Assembly (NCBI GenBank): GCA_951406725.2
Contig: OX597823.1
Coordinates: 310,001-374,000, forward strand
Source: Octopus vulgaris
Taxonomy: Eukaryota
Direction of reading: 5' to 3'
Length of the DNA: 64,000 nucleotides
The notes beneath the pieces were generated by a model. That model was not told where the DNA came from. It searched no databases and was given only the letters and a program-made list of their open reading frames with translations. Positions 55,744 through 64,000 of this stretch are shown here, piece after piece (the stretch's first letter is position 1; every line of letters starts with the position of its first letter). The position numbers and the translations under genes were made by a program.

Positions 55744-56303
55744 CGAGGCGATCCAACGTAGCTACACGAAGAAGATAGCCTCTATGCAGAATGTAAGCTA
55801 CTGGGAAAGACTCAGGAAATTAAAATTATATTCCCTGGAGCGTAGGCGGGAAAGATATGCCATAATATACATCTGGAAGATCCTGGAGGGAAGTGTCCTG
55901 AACTTTGGCATCGAGAGTTACGCAAATGCCAGAACTGGGCGCCACTGCGTGGTGCCTAGGACTCCAAACTTGCCATCAAGATGTAGGACAAGATTCTGTG
56001 ATAGCCTGGGCTTCCGAGGCCCACAGCTCTTCAATATCCTCCCGAAGAACCTGAGAGACCTACATGGGGTGGATACAGATGTCTTTAAAATGAAGCTGGA
56101 TCTCTTCCTGTCAGGTGTCCCAGATGAACCAACTTCACGGCAGGAGGGGCAGATAAGGGCAGCTGCATCGAACTCTCTCATGCACCAAATAGCAGCTGCT
56201 AGAAAGCCTTCATGAAGTGAAACCAAGTAGCAACACCAAATGGCGTTGCCTCAGCATGGCCACAGCTCATAAGCTGAAACTGGAAAAATCAAAATCAAAA
56301 TCA
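55744..56303 (+). mobile_element. 5'-truncated Proto2/CR1-like LINE
   Basis: [25 protein letters not shown]..., closely similar to 50161-50720; (AAATCA)n tail. Confidence 0.92.
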
Positions 56304-56380
56304 AATATATATACACATATATATATATATACATATATACATATATATATATATACATATATACATATATATATATATAC

Positions 56381-56533
<153 letters not shown>

Positions 56534-56560
56534 CATATATATACATATATATATATATAC

Positions 56561-56667
<107 letters not shown>

Positions 56668-56710
56668 CATATACACATATATATATATATACATATATAT
56701 ATATATTTAC

Positions 56711-56742
<32 letters not shown>

Positions 56743-56800
56743 TTACATATATATATATATATATATATACATATATATACATATACATATATATATATAT

Positions 56801-56891
<91 letters not shown>

Positions 56892-56907
56892 TATACATAT
56901 ACATATA

Positions 56908-57910
<1,003 letters not shown>

Positions 57911-57927
57911 CATATATATATATATAC

Positions 57928-58226
<299 letters not shown>

Positions 58227-58353
58227 CATATATATATATGGACACCAAAAAGATGTCGAACACAATGAGAAACGAAAACATAGACTATATGCAAGGAACT
58301 AGACATTTTTTCAAACAACATATATATATACAGGACAATTAACACGATGTATG

Positions 58354-58452
<99 letters not shown>

Positions 58453-58456
58453 TGTA

Positions 58457-58511
<55 letters not shown>

Positions 58512-58525
58512 ATATATATATGTAT

Positions 58526-64000
<5,475 letters not shown>

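Overview
AT-rich, repeat-dense eukaryotic DNA. The SINE and microsatellite profile suggests an octopus or other coleoid cephalopod (inference). The only host gene is on the minus strand: four GT-AG exons that splice in frame into the C-terminal FERM and FERM-adjacent region of a PTPN4/PTP-MEG-like phosphatase. These exons flank a 27.6-kb intron, and the upstream intron is over 32 kb. The introns hold RTE LINEs, CR1-group/Proto2-like LINEs (one near full length, with tandem CCCH fingers in ORF1), Penelope-like RT and GIY-YIG fragments, a Dong/R4-type endonuclease fragment, mariner and DD41D transposons, MITEs, two SINE families and very long (TA)n tracts. The most notable signals are: minimal hammerhead ribozymes in small non-coding elements (one 404-bp unit with terminal redundancy, one U3:A8 core variant); stem-conserved, loop-variable hairpin arrays in the RTE 3' UTR; a 3' tail shared by a SINE and a LINE; two RTE truncations at the same YADD codons; and a candidate alternative terminal exon. 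Repeat boundaries are approximate.
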